Positions 1-11,099 of a stretch of DNA of 64,000 nucleotides are shown piece by piece. Where the stretch lies: IMG/VR virus record IMGVR_UViG_3300042731_007874; one strand, written 5' to 3'. The DNA comes from a virus. How positions within the stretch are numbered: the stretch's first letter is position 1; each line of letters begins with the position of its first letter. Below the pieces are notes generated by a model. That model was given only the letters and a program-made list of their open reading frames with translations. It had not been told where the DNA came from and searched no databases. Made by a program: the position numbers and the translations under genes.

Positions 1-141
1 CTCCTTGAAATTGTTTTTATAGTGCTATGTAACCAAATAGAACATATTATTATATCTCCTACCTCTATGTTTTTAAAACCACTTGCTTTTGTTGGTTTTA
101 TTATTTTTTCTACTCTGTAAACAGAAGACTCAAAAAGCATT

Positions 142-672
142 TTAGGCTCCTTTTTGATGTTGTTTAAAGATTTTTGAATCCGTAACAAATTCTAATACAT
201 CAGCAGGAGATGTTTCTGAGGGAATCGTTTTCCATCCAATTGCTTCTTTAATAATGGTAGAAACCATTTCTGAACAGAACATTCTACCTTTACTATGAAT
301 AGACTTAAATAGGTTTTTACCGGTGACCCGCCAAATAAGAAGCCTTATTAGACCTGAAAACAAGCCAACCCAATCATAAGCATTTCCTAATCTCCATCTA
401 TAAGTTATCATAGCTCTTGTCAGAGTGTCTCTAGTCTCTTTTGACGCCGGAACATATCTTACTATATCTCCATTTCTTTTCTGGCTTAGAATAGGCATTA
501 CGCCTCTTGGAGTAATATCTAAATCCCATAGAGATATATCTTTAGGATTTGTTTTCCAATCTTCAGATTCATACTGAATATATACATGGTTATATTTACA
601 TCTTGTTAGTTTTCTTATTAACCATCCATACCAAGTATTACTTCTTTCAAAACAAACTGCCTTAAATCTCAT
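142..672 (-). CDS. Permuted papain-like (YiiX/NlpC-P60 superfamily) amidase/peptidase
   Basis: His before Cys order: KYNHVYI ... YDW ... MFCSEMV ... SPAD. Confidence 0.65.
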   Translation of the reverse strand: MRFKAVCFERSNTWYGWLIRKLTRCKYNHVYIQYESEDWKTNPKDISLWDLDITPRGVMPILSQKRNGDIVRYVPASKETRDTLTRAMITYRWRLGNAYDWVGLFSGLIRLLIWRVTGKNLFKSIHSKGRMFCSEMVSTIIKEAIGWKTIPSETSPADVLEFVTDSKIFKQHQKGA

Positions 673-1636
673 TATTACCTCTTATAAATTTTGTTTGTAG
701 AATATCTAATAAAAGTTCTTCTGCTTTGTTGAAATTACCAATTTTTGGTAAGTCTGTCTTACAAAGGGCAATTTCTTTTTCTAACTCTTCGGCTAAATTA
801 ATTACTTCTTTAGGTTTATATTTTCCTTCTTTAATATCAAGAATTAAAGATCTTTCTTTTAATGGAAATGTAATTTTCCCATCTTCTAGAAGTTCTTTAC
901 ATTCATAAAGTAGTCTAATTAGGTGAGATCCAAACTTATTGTCCATTCCGTGCTTTAAAATTCCTTCAGATCTCCAAGAAGCTTGTTGAAGTCTATCTCT
1001 TATTATTCTTTTGGCTTTCTTTACATATAAATTTCGTTCAAAACAAACATCTCCACATTTTATGTGAGAACTTGAATGGTTTATAAACGGTAATGGTTGA
1101 TAATCAAGTGGATCTTGAAAGAGTTCTATTTCTTTATTAAGAACCTCAGATAGAGTTGCTTTATCAGGAAAAAGACTTAAAAATCCTAGTCCATTTTCTA
1201 AAGCAATTAAGTTATCTGCTTTTATAATCATTTTATGTTTTTGAGAAGAAGCATATCCAAGAAAGGATTTCTTACAGAGTTGGCTTGTAAATAAATCTCT
1301 ATTGTCTAAGATAGATTGTCCCATTTTGTCAACATAGATTATTTTATCTTTTGGCGCGAAAAGTAATTCCAATATGTTAGGATTGGAATTTAGTGCTAGT
1401 TTGAAATATTTTTTAATTTCATAGAATTTTCTATCAATTGCATTTAAGGTATTTCTTCCGTTCTTGTGTTTTGAGACAATTGAACAATCTTGTTCTTCTA
1501 TTTTATGGAGACCAAGATAATATTCAATTGGAGGAATAAAAATTCCAACATAATCTTTATCGGAAGAAGGAGTTGCAGTTCCATATAAATTGGAACCAGT
1601 AATAATCTCTAATACTTTTAGTTTTTCAATATTCAT
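662..1636 (-). CDS. DNA polymerase beta-superfamily nucleotidyltransferase (phage type)
   Basis: GSNLYGTATPSSDKDYVG (GS...DxD) motif, NPNILELLF, HLIRLL. Confidence 0.8.
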   Translation of the reverse strand: MNIEKLKVLEIITGSNLYGTATPSSDKDYVGIFIPPIEYYLGLHKIEEQDCSIVSKHKNGRNTLNAIDRKFYEIKKYFKLALNSNPNILELLFAPKDKIIYVDKMGQSILDNRDLFTSQLCKKSFLGYASSQKHKMIIKADNLIALENGLGFLSLFPDKATLSEVLNKEIELFQDPLDYQPLPFINHSSSHIKCGDVCFERNLYVKKAKRIIRDRLQQASWRSEGILKHGMDNKFGSHLIRLLYECKELLEDGKITFPLKERSLILDIKEGKYKPKEVINLAEELEKEIALCKTDLPKIGNFNKAEELLLDILQTKFIRGNNEI

Positions 1637-1712
1637 TGTTAGAAAATCCTTTTGCTTTAGTTTTCTTTAAAATATTTATAACTCTATATCTTTTTGATTG
1701 AAATTTCATTTT

Positions 1713-2741
1713 TTATATAGCTTTCAAAAGAGAAACTGTTTTTTCTAACATTTCTGGCTGCTTCGGACTAAGAATTTTCTCAAGCCTTCTATTTGACTTA
1801 TTACTTCCTCTAACGACAGCTTCATAATTAAGATATTGTGTTACTGCGTTATAAAGAGCCCAGCCAGTCCCGGCGACTCCAGGAAGATCTTGTCCGATTC
1901 CATTCTCAAAAAGCTCAATAACCTTATTTCTCTTGTTCTTTGTTTTTGTTGATACTTCCTCTACAAATCCAAAAGCTTGTTCTTCTTTTGCTTGTTTGGC
2001 TGGATTTGGAATAATTTCTTTAACTAGTTCTTCTACTTTATTATTATTTAGCTGAACAGTTGCAATAAACTTAGTAAAATCCCTATATTCCTTATATACT
2101 TCATTAGAAATTCCAAGAAGATCTTGTGCTTGTTTGATTTTCTCCATCATATTGGAGGTATGTCGAAAACGAACTCCGTCTCTTTCTCCTGCCTGTAAAG
2201 CTGCTCTTGCTGTATTGGCACAAACAACTCTAATAGGGGTAAATAAAACTCTAAGAGATCCTGAGCCATCATGAACATTATAAAGGAAAAGATATTGATC
2301 TACTTTGTCATTAGGAACAACATCATATGATCCGAGTTTTCCAAGAAGCCAGACTCTTTCTCCTTCTCCAAGCGCCCCAGTGACCTCATATCTAAGAGAA
2401 CCATCTTTAACCAAAGAATCTGCAAACTTGAAAGCATCAGCATTCTGAAGAAGATAATAGTTTTTTCCTACAGTTCCTAAAGGAATGTTTTTATCAGTTC
2501 TAATAACAGAACGACAACGAGGGATATGTATTTTTATAGGAGAAAGACCTGGTTCTTTTGGAAAAATATCACTATATACTTCATTTAATTCCACTTGCCA
2601 GTTTAATCCACCTGCAATAATTGCTTCTTGAGACTCAACTGGCTCTGAGAGGTAGGTTCCCATCCCTCTCCAGGGAGTATCTGCAATTTCCCACCATGGT
2701 TTTTCTCCAGTATAAAAAATTGAATCTATTTCTGCTGACAT
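1713..2741 (-). CDS. DUF932/DUF945-like phage/plasmid protein
   Basis: LNWQV, LQNADAFKF, GALGEGERVW, HDGSGS, TPIRVVCANT, RHT, GTGWALYNAVTQY motifs. Confidence 0.8.
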   Translation of the reverse strand: MSAEIDSIFYTGEKPWWEIADTPWRGMGTYLSEPVESQEAIIAGGLNWQVELNEVYSDIFPKEPGLSPIKIHIPRCRSVIRTDKNIPLGTVGKNYYLLQNADAFKFADSLVKDGSLRYEVTGALGEGERVWLLGKLGSYDVVPNDKVDQYLFLYNVHDGSGSLRVLFTPIRVVCANTARAALQAGERDGVRFRHTSNMMEKIKQAQDLLGISNEVYKEYRDFTKFIATVQLNNNKVEELVKEIIPNPAKQAKEEQAFGFVEEVSTKTKNKRNKVIELFENGIGQDLPGVAGTGWALYNAVTQYLNYEAVVRGSNKSNRRLEKILSPKQPEMLEKTVSLLKAI

Positions 2742-3005
2742 TTTTCTTTCTCCTTTTTGAAAGTTTTTATTTTTCTATAATCTTAACAAATGTTAATTTT
2801 CGACAAGCGGCTTCTTTAAAATTCTGATTTTCCCAATAACATCCATTTTGGGTAGCGACAATATCTTTTTATTCTTCCCTCTCTACTAATTGAAAAAATG
2901 CGCAATTTTCAAAAGTTATTTCTGAGACATTGGGGATTTTTAATATGCACCATCTATTATAAAAGTAAATACAACAATTACATTCACTTGCTTCAAGTTC
3001 CATTA

Positions 3006-3332
3006 TTATCCTTCTTTTGGTTTCCAATAATCACAACCTCTAACAAATGTTTTGGTGAAATATCCTTTTTCGTCACATGGAAATTTCTCTATTTCACAAC
3101 ACCAGATTGGATATTCATAGTCAATTGGTTCTCCAAAACGATGACATTCATAATGGGTTTCCCATTCTTTATAATTGTGTTTACATGTTGGACAACATTT
3201 AGTGGCGGGATTTAAAATACAACGTTTTTCATGATCTACAATACGGTTTTTAACTGTTTGAACCTTAGCGCCACATTTAAACTTACATGACCATGCTGTT
3301 ACTTTTATTGGCATTTCTAGAGAAAACTCCAA
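3006..3332 (-). CDS. Cys-rich hypothetical protein
   Basis: 108-aa ORF with several Cys pairs, co-oriented and overlapping its neighbour. Confidence 0.5.
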   Translation of the reverse strand: MEFSLEMPIKVTAWSCKFKCGAKVQTVKNRIVDHEKRCILNPATKCCPTCKHNYKEWETHYECHRFGEPIDYEYPIWCCEIEKFPCDEKGYFTKTFVRGCDYWKPKEG

Positions 3333-3600
3333 GAATTATTATATGGATTATATATTTGACCTTTATGATCTTCTTCTTGTGTTTCTTCTTCAAAATTTTT
3401 CTCTACTAGTTTTAAATGAGAGAGTAACCAATCAATATAAGATCCATAACAATATTTTTTTAAATTTTCTTTAGAGGAAGGGTCAAGTTTTATTTGTGCA
3501 ACAGTATATAGAATACTTTCTACTTGACCGCACCCACGTACTTTTCCAGATTTATCTATAAGTTTAACTTTATCTCCAATCTTAAATTCCATTTTTTCTC

Positions 3601-4914
3601 CTAAATTTCAATATTTGCAAAATAAATTTCGGTCCACAAATTTTGTAGTTCATCGCTAAAAGCTTTTTCTCCATCTTTCGATCCAGATCTTAGATGGGCT
3701 TCTTCATGGATAAGAACCTTTAATACTTCTTTTACATTTGGAAGTATTTTCTTAGCTATTTTTATTTTTCCATTACCAGCGGCTCCAAGAAGACTAGGTT
3801 TATGAAAATCTACAATAGTAGTATGATCTAATATATTTATTCCTTCAATTTTGTTTATTTGTTCTGCAGATTTAAGAAGATTATCTTGTTCTTCTTTTTC
3901 AAGTTCTTCCCAGTTATATATATGGCTAGTAGCAAACTCTATTTCATCTTTAAGTTTTGTTGGGTTTTCTATTTTACTAGAAGAATCCAATATTCTTTTT
4001 AGAGAATCGTTTACCAAAATCCCGCTTCTACCAATATGTTGGATATTAATAGAATCTTGAATAGAAGTAACAGGAACAGCTTTCTCTCCATGTTCTTGTT
4101 TAAAATGTTCTGCTACTTTATCTTTAAAACTAGATTCTTCACCAAAATGTTGTTCTGGATATTCAATCTCCTTAGAATTTCCTTCTAGTAGTTTATATAC
4201 TTTTTCAAAGATCTTTGGGTCTCTTGCTGCGGCTTCCTTAAGAATTTTAGATGTTTCCCATCTTAGGTTAAAATCTCTTATCATGCTGCGGTCTCTATCT
4301 AGATCAGCATGTTTAAGATCATATCCAAAAGAGAAAGAATTCTCTGTCATTACATAAATGCCTTTGGAGAAGATCTGTCCTTTGTAATCTGGATTTAAGA
4401 TAAGAGATCCTCTCTCACATTTAACAATATCTTTGTCTGACAGTGAAGAGAAGTCCATAAATAACTTTCTAGTTTTGTTCCAAGTCTTTTTATCAATCTT
4501 TATTTGGACTTCTACTCCATCCCGATCTTGTCTTAGTTTTCTTGTCTTTACTAAAAGAATATTATCTTGGTAATTATCTGACCAACCAAGAGAAGGAGTC
4601 CATACTTCTGTTTGTGTAAGAACTTTAATATCTATTTTATTTCTGGCGGCGGTCAATAGAGAAAGAGTTAGTCCTTCTCCATGCTGGCCTCTTAACTCAG
4701 AACCTCTTTTGTTTGTCTTTCCAAGAATAAGAGCTTGAGAAGAAATGTCAGCTCCTTGATTAAAGATATTTAATGTCCCGTTCTTGTGAGAAACTTTTAA
4801 TGGAAATCCTCTTTCGTTTTCATCGAGACCGTTTTGAACAGCCTCTCTAATGGCTTCCCAAGTTCCCCAAGTTGGAACATAGTCTTTGCTAATTGGAATT
4901 TCAAGTCTAGCCAT
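3601..4914 (-). CDS. GHKL (HATPase)-domain protein with C-terminal HExxH
   Basis: EAIREAVQNGLD (N-box), GQHGEGL (G-box), HEEAH near the C-terminus. Confidence 0.7.
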   Translation of the reverse strand: MARLEIPISKDYVPTWGTWEAIREAVQNGLDENERGFPLKVSHKNGTLNIFNQGADISSQALILGKTNKRGSELRGQHGEGLTLSLLTAARNKIDIKVLTQTEVWTPSLGWSDNYQDNILLVKTRKLRQDRDGVEVQIKIDKKTWNKTRKLFMDFSSLSDKDIVKCERGSLILNPDYKGQIFSKGIYVMTENSFSFGYDLKHADLDRDRSMIRDFNLRWETSKILKEAAARDPKIFEKVYKLLEGNSKEIEYPEQHFGEESSFKDKVAEHFKQEHGEKAVPVTSIQDSINIQHIGRSGILVNDSLKRILDSSSKIENPTKLKDEIEFATSHIYNWEELEKEEQDNLLKSAEQINKIEGINILDHTTIVDFHKPSLLGAAGNGKIKIAKKILPNVKEVLKVLIHEEAHLRSGSKDGEKAFSDELQNLWTEIYFANIEI

Positions 4915-6178
4915 TATTTAGTCCTTATCTTCTGAGTCAATCCATTTTTCTATTGTTGCATGGCAGTATTCTTTTCCATCTTTTTCAAAGAAACTGTCTT
5001 GAGAACTAAAATAATTTCTTACAATCCAATCTTTCCCATAAAACTCTTTACAATATTCTTTTGCTGTTTGATAAGCGGTTTCTTTTCTGTTGTCAAAGTC
5101 TGCTTTTGGCATTAAACAAGTTATTGTTTTTATAATATGAGTTCTCCCTACTTTATCTAAATTCTTTACTTCACAAAAATCAACGGGGGTTCTAATCAGT
5201 CTACCAAAAGCATCAATTAGGTTTTCTGGCTTTAGGAATAAGTTTACAAATTCAACATTAGCGGTGTCATCATAGATTCTTATTTGCAGTCCGATCCCAT
5301 GTGGGCTTTCATTGTTTTTGCAAAACAAAATATCAATTTTTGCATCTATTTCCATTTTTTAGTCCTCAACTGGTTTAAATATTCTTTGAAAATATTCATC
5401 ACTATAAACGCGAAATCCGGAACTATCTCGAACGATCCAACTACCTTTTTTAACTTCACGTTTTCCATGTATTGTTTCAATATAGAGGTTTTTCATAATG
5501 AAATCACATTCTTTATCGTTATATATAGTAGAGGTGCAGCAACTTATAATAGGAGCTTTTATTTCAACAAAAGTATCTCCAAGTTCATCCCATTGCCAAG
5601 CATCAACAAATTTGCTTTCCTGATATCTCATTACAGATCTCCATTTTCTTCTATCTTTTTATCTTCATATTTTGAAACATATCTTCTATAGAGTTCTAAC
5701 TTTGCACATTCTAAAACTCCTATTATAGAGTTATATCTTTTATAAGATTCTCCTTTTTTGTTAAGATAATGTAAACATAGAGAAGTAATTAGATAATTTA
5801 GTTCTCCTTCATTTGTACAACGAGAAGCAAGTTCAAGAATTAGATTAGAATAGGAAGTTGGACAGTCTTTAAATTTCTTTCTATCTTCTTCTTTAATATA
5901 TGGCATTTAGTCTCCTGCATAGTTTGATTTTATTAACATTATCATTCCATTAGCATCATTTTTTGGATCTATTTTTATTTGTTTGATTTTTAATCTCATA
6001 TGTTCATACATTGGAGTAATATTGTCTTTTTCTAATAGTTCTGCCGCTCTTATAATTATTTCTTCAATTAATCCTTCTAGAGTAATAATTGAATAAGGCC
6101 TTCTATATCTAGAGTATTCCTTGATTTTGAAATTTTCTTTGTTGTAAGTTTTCATTTAAATATATTCTCCTATGTTTG

Positions 6179-6254
6179 TGGATTGGCCAGGACTTGAACC
6201 CGGACTAATACACCACAGTCTACGGATGTATACGTCTATTTGCACCACCGATCT
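6179..6254 (-). ncRNA. Degenerate tRNA-like element
   Basis: Intact T-arm CCGGG-TTCAAGT-CCTGG; acceptor stem has 2 mismatches; anticodon loop about 10 nt; intergenic. Confidence 0.4.
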
Positions 6255-6265
6255 AGGTTATTGTT

Positions 6266-6601
6266 TTAAATATAACGACTAAAAGACTTCCGAGTCTCAT
6301 TTGGGAAGGTCTTTTCTATTTGACATATATCACACCTATAGAGACCTTTTAGTAATATTTCGCCATCGTCAAACTCTATTGCTTGACTCCTCCACTGGTG
6401 AGGTGCATCACCATTAGCACAAGAACACTGACGGGTTGTGTAAGATACATCGATCTGACGATAGTAATAGAATTCTTTTTCGCATCTATCACATGTTACT
6501 AATCCTTCATCATAACGATATTCTTGTGAATCAATATTCTCGTGTCCGCAATATGGACAGACCATCTCATTGGTAAGTTCATGATCGATTTTAGTATTCA
6601 T
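6266..6601 (-). CDS. Zn-finger-like hypothetical protein
   Basis: CPYC, CDRC, CSC, CDIC motifs. Confidence 0.5.
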   Translation of the reverse strand: MNTKIDHELTNEMVCPYCGHENIDSQEYRYDEGLVTCDRCEKEFYYYRQIDVSYTTRQCSCANGDAPHQWRSQAIEFDDGEILLKGLYRCDICQIEKTFPNETRKSFSRYI

Positions 6602-7105
6602 CTATCTTTTTCCTATATTTAGCTCTTCTATTTCTATTGGTTTATAATTAATTGCCTCAACACTTACATTTATATGTTGGTTAGTTGAGTCAAAAGGTCT
6701 ATGGTTTCCTGCATGTGTATGGCCATGAATATTTATAAAGTCTCCAATGTTATAAGTTATAGGTTCATGAGAAAGAAGATATTTTTTACGAATTAATATC
6801 GGGTTTCCAGAGACAATATCAAAACCAACTCTTCTCCAATAAGTTCTACTACTTCTTCTATCATGATTTCCTAATATAAGATGTTTAATTCCATTTAGTT
6901 GATCAAAGATTCTCTTTGTGTTATCAAACTTCTCAAATGAAAAATCCCCTAGATGATAAGCTGTGTCATTTTTTCCAACAACAGAATTCCAGTTAGAGAT
7001 CAATTTTTCTTCCATTTCTTTTAGATCTTCAAATGGGCGCTCGGCAAAAGAAAGAATATTCTTATGACCAAAATGAGTATCTGAAATTAAAAATATCTTT
7101 TTCAT
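6602..7105 (-). CDS. Calcineurin-like metallophosphoesterase
   Basis: DTHFGH, HLGDF, GNHD, SHEP, HGHTH motifs. Confidence 0.9.
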   Translation of the reverse strand: MKKIFLISDTHFGHKNILSFAERPFEDLKEMEEKLISNWNSVVGKNDTAYHLGDFSFEKFDNTKRIFDQLNGIKHLILGNHDRRSSRTYWRRVGFDIVSGNPILIRKKYLLSHEPITYNIGDFINIHGHTHAGNHRPFDSTNQHINVSVEAINYKPIEIEELNIGKR

Positions 7106-7116
7106 GATCTTAACTT

Positions 7117-7359
7117 TTAAAATGGAGTTTTTGATAGATCTGGAATCTCTTTACCAGTTTCCCAAAAGTGCTGAATTATATCTTTTTTTACAAGTTCTAA
7201 TTCTTGAAGTGCTTCTTCTATTGTGTCTCCTGTTGCACTACAGGCACAATAACCAAAATCAAGAAGATATGCAAAATAGTATCCTGAACTATTCTCTTCT
7301 TCTATCCAATATATAACCATTGGATATTTACGATTAAAATATTCTTCTAATAGTGTCAT
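7117..7359 (-). CDS. HicB-family antitoxin-like protein (orphan)
   Basis: YFAYLLDF...CSATGDTIEEAL...GKEIP pattern; no HicA-like neighbour. Confidence 0.7.
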   Translation of the reverse strand: MTLLEEYFNRKYPMVIYWIEEENSSGYYFAYLLDFGYCACSATGDTIEEALQELELVKKDIIQHFWETGKEIPDLSKTPF

Positions 7360-7376
7360 TTATTTTCTTTCTATAT

Positions 7377-8456
7377 TTAAAAAAGTTTATCTATGATAGA
7401 AGTTACATATTCTTGAGTAATGTCAAAATTCTGATCTTTCTCTTGTTTTGTCTTTAGGGCGTTAATTAAAGATAGAAAGTAGAGACTATCTACTCCAACA
7501 AGTTGTTCTTCAAGTACATCTATATTGGTAAGATCCAGTTCAGATATTTGCCAAGCAATTTTTAATATCTGGCCCGCGTTTATATTCCATCCTCTCTTAA
7601 TGAACTTTCTAAGTCTAAATAGTGAACAGATGGGATAAAGGCTTCCAGTATACTTAAGAGTTTTGTTAATAATTGCTTCATATACTTCAGCAGAGATATT
7701 AACTTTTCCTTCTTTGGAATCCCAATATGCCTTACAATGAGTAAAATCATAGTTTTTATGTATTTCATCCGGCTCTCCCCAAAATCTAATTACTAGTTGT
7801 ACTTTATTCGATAAGGAAATTGCATTCGAAGTAAGCACAACGGGTTTATATTTTTCTGGTTTTTCTAATTCTTTACTATCTAAATTATCAAGATCTTCTA
7901 GTATTTTATCCGGCTCTGGTAAAAGATCTTCTTCTTCATAATAGTTTTCGTCAACAGAATTTATATCAGAAACAACTCCATCAGAAGGAATCCAAATCTT
8001 AATGCGGTCTTTTCCAACAATTGAAATTACATTTCTTGTTTGGCCAGAAAATTTATTTTCTTCATAATCTCCGTCAATTAAAATATCTTGTCCATTGAAG
8101 AATTCTATTAGATCTTTTTTAGAACTATCTATCTTAACTTTATTTTCTCCAACTCGGCTAAATTCTTTACCATCTAATACAAAAGCTTTAAAAGGAATGC
8201 CGATCTTGTTTGTTTGGCCTTGATGAGACTTATTCCATTTATCACAATAATATTGTGCAATCTTCTTTACTGTATCTCTATCTCTAAAATACAAATCATA
8301 GTCATTTGGAGTCTCATTATTAACTAGAGATACAATAGCTCCACCAGTTAGAATAATATTCTTTTCAATTTCTGTTACTAATTTTTTGTCTTCGATAGAC
8401 TCTAGCCAGTCATTTATTTTCTTCTTAATAACTATTTTCATTGTCTTTTCTAGCAT
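7377..8456 (-). CDS. Pol-beta-superfamily nucleotidyltransferase (tRNA-nucleotidyltransferase-like)
   Basis: LTGGAIVS...NDYDLYF (GG...DxD), YDFTHC, RLRKFIKRGW. Confidence 0.65.
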   Translation of the reverse strand: MLEKTMKIVIKKKINDWLESIEDKKLVTEIEKNIILTGGAIVSLVNNETPNDYDLYFRDRDTVKKIAQYYCDKWNKSHQGQTNKIGIPFKAFVLDGKEFSRVGENKVKIDSSKKDLIEFFNGQDILIDGDYEENKFSGQTRNVISIVGKDRIKIWIPSDGVVSDINSVDENYYEEEDLLPEPDKILEDLDNLDSKELEKPEKYKPVVLTSNAISLSNKVQLVIRFWGEPDEIHKNYDFTHCKAYWDSKEGKVNISAEVYEAIINKTLKYTGSLYPICSLFRLRKFIKRGWNINAGQILKIAWQISELDLTNIDVLEEQLVGVDSLYFLSLINALKTKQEKDQNFDITQEYVTSIIDKLF

Positions 8457-8465
8457 TTTTTCACC

Positions 8466-8894
8466 TTAGTTTTCTTTTAAAACTTTAACGAATTCTAATC
8501 TTCTACAAACAGCTTGTGTAAGATTATATTTTTTATTTACTCTATTATTATCGACAGCAACAATATCTTCTCTTCTAACCCGAAATTTTACAATTACATC
8601 GCAAGCACAAATTTTATATATTTTGGCTGCTTTTAAGGAAGTATAGACATGGAGGCCTTTATTTATTGCTTGCTTTTCTAATTCTATTTGAGTTGGCTTA
8701 GAAGGTCTATCCACTTGATATACTTTCTGTTTGTTAAAATCCCAAGCAAAATTACGCCTAAATACAGATATATAATGACCTAAACACTCTTTCTCTAAGA
8801 TTTTATAAACATAAGCGAACTTCTTCCTATTACCAAACCATTTCTTTAGATCTTTTTTATTTTGTTTTTGATCTAATTTAATTTTTAAACACAT
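8466..8894 (-). CDS. MCL-family paralog 1 (subfamily A)
   Basis: MCL..KWFGNRKKFAYVYK..GLHVYT..KFRV..DIVA..QAVC.RLEF. Confidence 0.9.
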   Translation of the reverse strand: MCLKIKLDQKQNKKDLKKWFGNRKKFAYVYKILEKECLGHYISVFRRNFAWDFNKQKVYQVDRPSKPTQIELEKQAINKGLHVYTSLKAAKIYKICACDVIVKFRVRREDIVAVDNNRVNKKYNLTQAVCRRLEFVKVLKEN

Positions 8895-8909
8895 TAGTTT
8901 CTCCTTGTC

Positions 8910-9305
8910 TTAGACAACTTTTACGAATTCTAATCTTCTACAAACCGCTTCTTTGTGAATGTTGTTTATGGCCACTATGTCTTCTGCTTTTACTCGAAAC
9001 TTGACAATTTTATCAGATTCTTCTCTCCAGTTTTTAGCTTTTTCTAGATTAATAAAGACATGAATTCCAATATCTATCTGACCATATTCTAGTTCTTCTT
9101 TAGTTGGTTGGTTAGGTCTGTCTGCTTCAAAAGTCTTCTGGTTATCGAAGTCCCAGGTAAAAGAATAATGAATCCAAGATCTATAGAAATCTTCATCTTC
9201 CCATTTCTGAAGAATTTTATAAACAAAGATCTCTTTTCGATTTTTGATAAAAGTTTTAAGTTCTTTTTTATTATCTTTTTGGCTATAATGGATATCTAAA
9301 CACAT
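8910..9305 (-). CDS. MCL-family paralog 2 (subfamily B)
   Basis: MCL..EIFVYK..YRS..PTKEEL..GIHVF..EAVC. Confidence 0.9.
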   Translation of the reverse strand: MCLDIHYSQKDNKKELKTFIKNRKEIFVYKILQKWEDEDFYRSWIHYSFTWDFDNQKTFEADRPNQPTKEELEYGQIDIGIHVFINLEKAKNWREESDKIVKFRVKAEDIVAINNIHKEAVCRRLEFVKVV

Positions 9306-9533
9306 TTTATTTCCTTTTATTCTTCTTATTAACCAATAATTATATTGAAATCGCCAAAATAAAATTCATTTTCCATATCACAATTAATTGGTACTGATAA
9401 TTCATCTCGGACACCAGCTAAGACAGATTCTTCATCAAGCTTAACTTCTCTACGTTCGTAATATTTATTTGTGATCTTGTTTATGATCCAATATTCTAGT
9501 TTTAAAGTTCCATTAATTTCCATATTAGCTCCT

Positions 9534-9944
9534 TTAATCTTCAATAATTTTGACAAAGGTTAGCTTAGTACAAACAGCTTCACGATGACTATTATTTACA
9601 GCAACTATATCTTCTTTGTTTGCGCGAAATTTCACAATTGCCTCACCAAAATATATTTGATGTCTTTTGGCTTCTTTGAAAGAAGTATAAACATGAAGAC
9701 CTTTATTTATCTTTTTAAAACTCAATTCATATTCAGTAGGAGTATTAGGTCTGTTTTCTTGATATATTTTCTGTTCTTTAAAATGCCAAGTAAAATAATC
9801 AGGAAACCAGATAGATCTATAAAAAGACTCACCTGAATAATTTCGCAAAATCTTATAGACATAGGCGAACTTTTTTCTAGACCCGAACCATTTCTTTAGA
9901 TTTTTTTCGTTTTGGATTTGATCTGGCTTAATACGCAAACACAT
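9534..9944 (-). CDS. MCL-family paralog 3 (subfamily A)
   Basis: KWFGSRKKFAYVYK, YRS, GLHVYT, EAVC. Confidence 0.9.
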   Translation of the reverse strand: MCLRIKPDQIQNEKNLKKWFGSRKKFAYVYKILRNYSGESFYRSIWFPDYFTWHFKEQKIYQENRPNTPTEYELSFKKINKGLHVYTSFKEAKRHQIYFGEAIVKFRANKEDIVAVNNSHREAVCTKLTFVKIIED

Positions 9945-9959
9945 TGTTTTTTCTCTTTC

Positions 9960-11099
9960 TTAAGGAAGTCTAATATTTAGTTCTTTTAAACATTTATTAA
10001 TTTCTTCACTTGGGCCAAGATATTTTCCTGATGAATCTGAAATTTTTATAGTCTTTTTGTTATTAACTTTGGTTAATTTAATTACAATATTAAGAGGTTC
10101 TACTCCTTCAATATCGTTAGTAAGGTTAGTGCCAATTCCAAACTTTGGTGTAATCCAAGGCTTGTCTTTTAGATAACCTAGAATTTTACTAATTTTATTT
10201 ATATTTAGCGCGTCTGAAAAAATAATTTCTACGGGTTTCTTATTAAAAGTATTAGTAACTAGATCTATATATTCGAAAGGAGATCCAGAGTCTTGTCTAA
10301 ATGAAAGATTTTCTCCTAAAATAGGATCATTTTTAGACATACGAAAGAAAGAAGCTGAAGAGAAAGTATCTGTCAAGATTGTATTACTATGTTTGAAGGT
10401 TTCTTTCCATCTATCAATTGCAATATTATATGCTTTCTTATATCCATTTTTAGCCGCCTCGTACATATATAGTTCATGAGGCTGAGTTCCTACAATGGGT
10501 TTATTAAAGGTCATTCCCATTAAAAGATTACTTGTTGGACAATTATAAATTTGGTTAATTTGTTTTTGTACTTCTTTCGAATATCGGCGTCTCGTGCCAA
10601 ACTCAGAAAAAGAAATTGAATTTTCAAGAAAAACTTTTTTATTTAGTGCTTTTCTACTAGCCTTTATTAAAACCTTATCTAAACTTTCTGTAGAATTATG
10701 TTTATTGTAAACTTCTGATATGATTGCCATTAGTGGAACTTCTAGAAGAGTACAGTCATGCCAATATCCTTTTATGGATAAAGAAAGATTTCCAGAAATA
10801 TTTGTAATATTTATATCTACAGAAGAATTTTTAAAGTTAAAGTATTTAAGATAGGTTAAATATTGACTTGGGAAAAGATTTAGAAATCTTAGATAAGATA
10901 GTTCACAAGAGTCTAATCTCATAAATTTAATAAAATCATGAATTTCTTGCTTTATTTCTGTATACATCTCACTTGTAAATTTAGTTTTTCCTCTATTGAT
11001 AAAATTAAATTCTACAATGTCATTTTCTCCATATTTAATTGCATACCAATGGATAAAAAATTTATATAGATCATTATCTAGTAAAGATGTAATAATCAT
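9960..11099 (-). CDS. pncB: Nicotinate phosphoribosyltransferase
   Basis: SLLDNDLYKF, EFGTRRR, GTQPHE, RQDSG, FSDAL, FGIGTNLTND, NIVIKL, KISD. Confidence 0.92.
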   Translation of the reverse strand: MIITSLLDNDLYKFFIHWYAIKYGENDIVEFNFINRGKTKFTSEMYTEIKQEIHDFIKFMRLDSCELSYLRFLNLFPSQYLTYLKYFNFKNSSVDINITNISGNLSLSIKGYWHDCTLLEVPLMAIISEVYNKHNSTESLDKVLIKASRKALNKKVFLENSISFSEFGTRRRYSKEVQKQINQIYNCPTSNLLMGMTFNKPIVGTQPHELYMYEAAKNGYKKAYNIAIDRWKETFKHSNTILTDTFSSASFFRMSKNDPILGENLSFRQDSGSPFEYIDLVTNTFNKKPVEIIFSDALNINKISKILGYLKDKPWITPKFGIGTNLTNDIEGVEPLNIVIKLTKVNNKKTIKISDSSGKYLGPSEEINKCLKELNIRLP

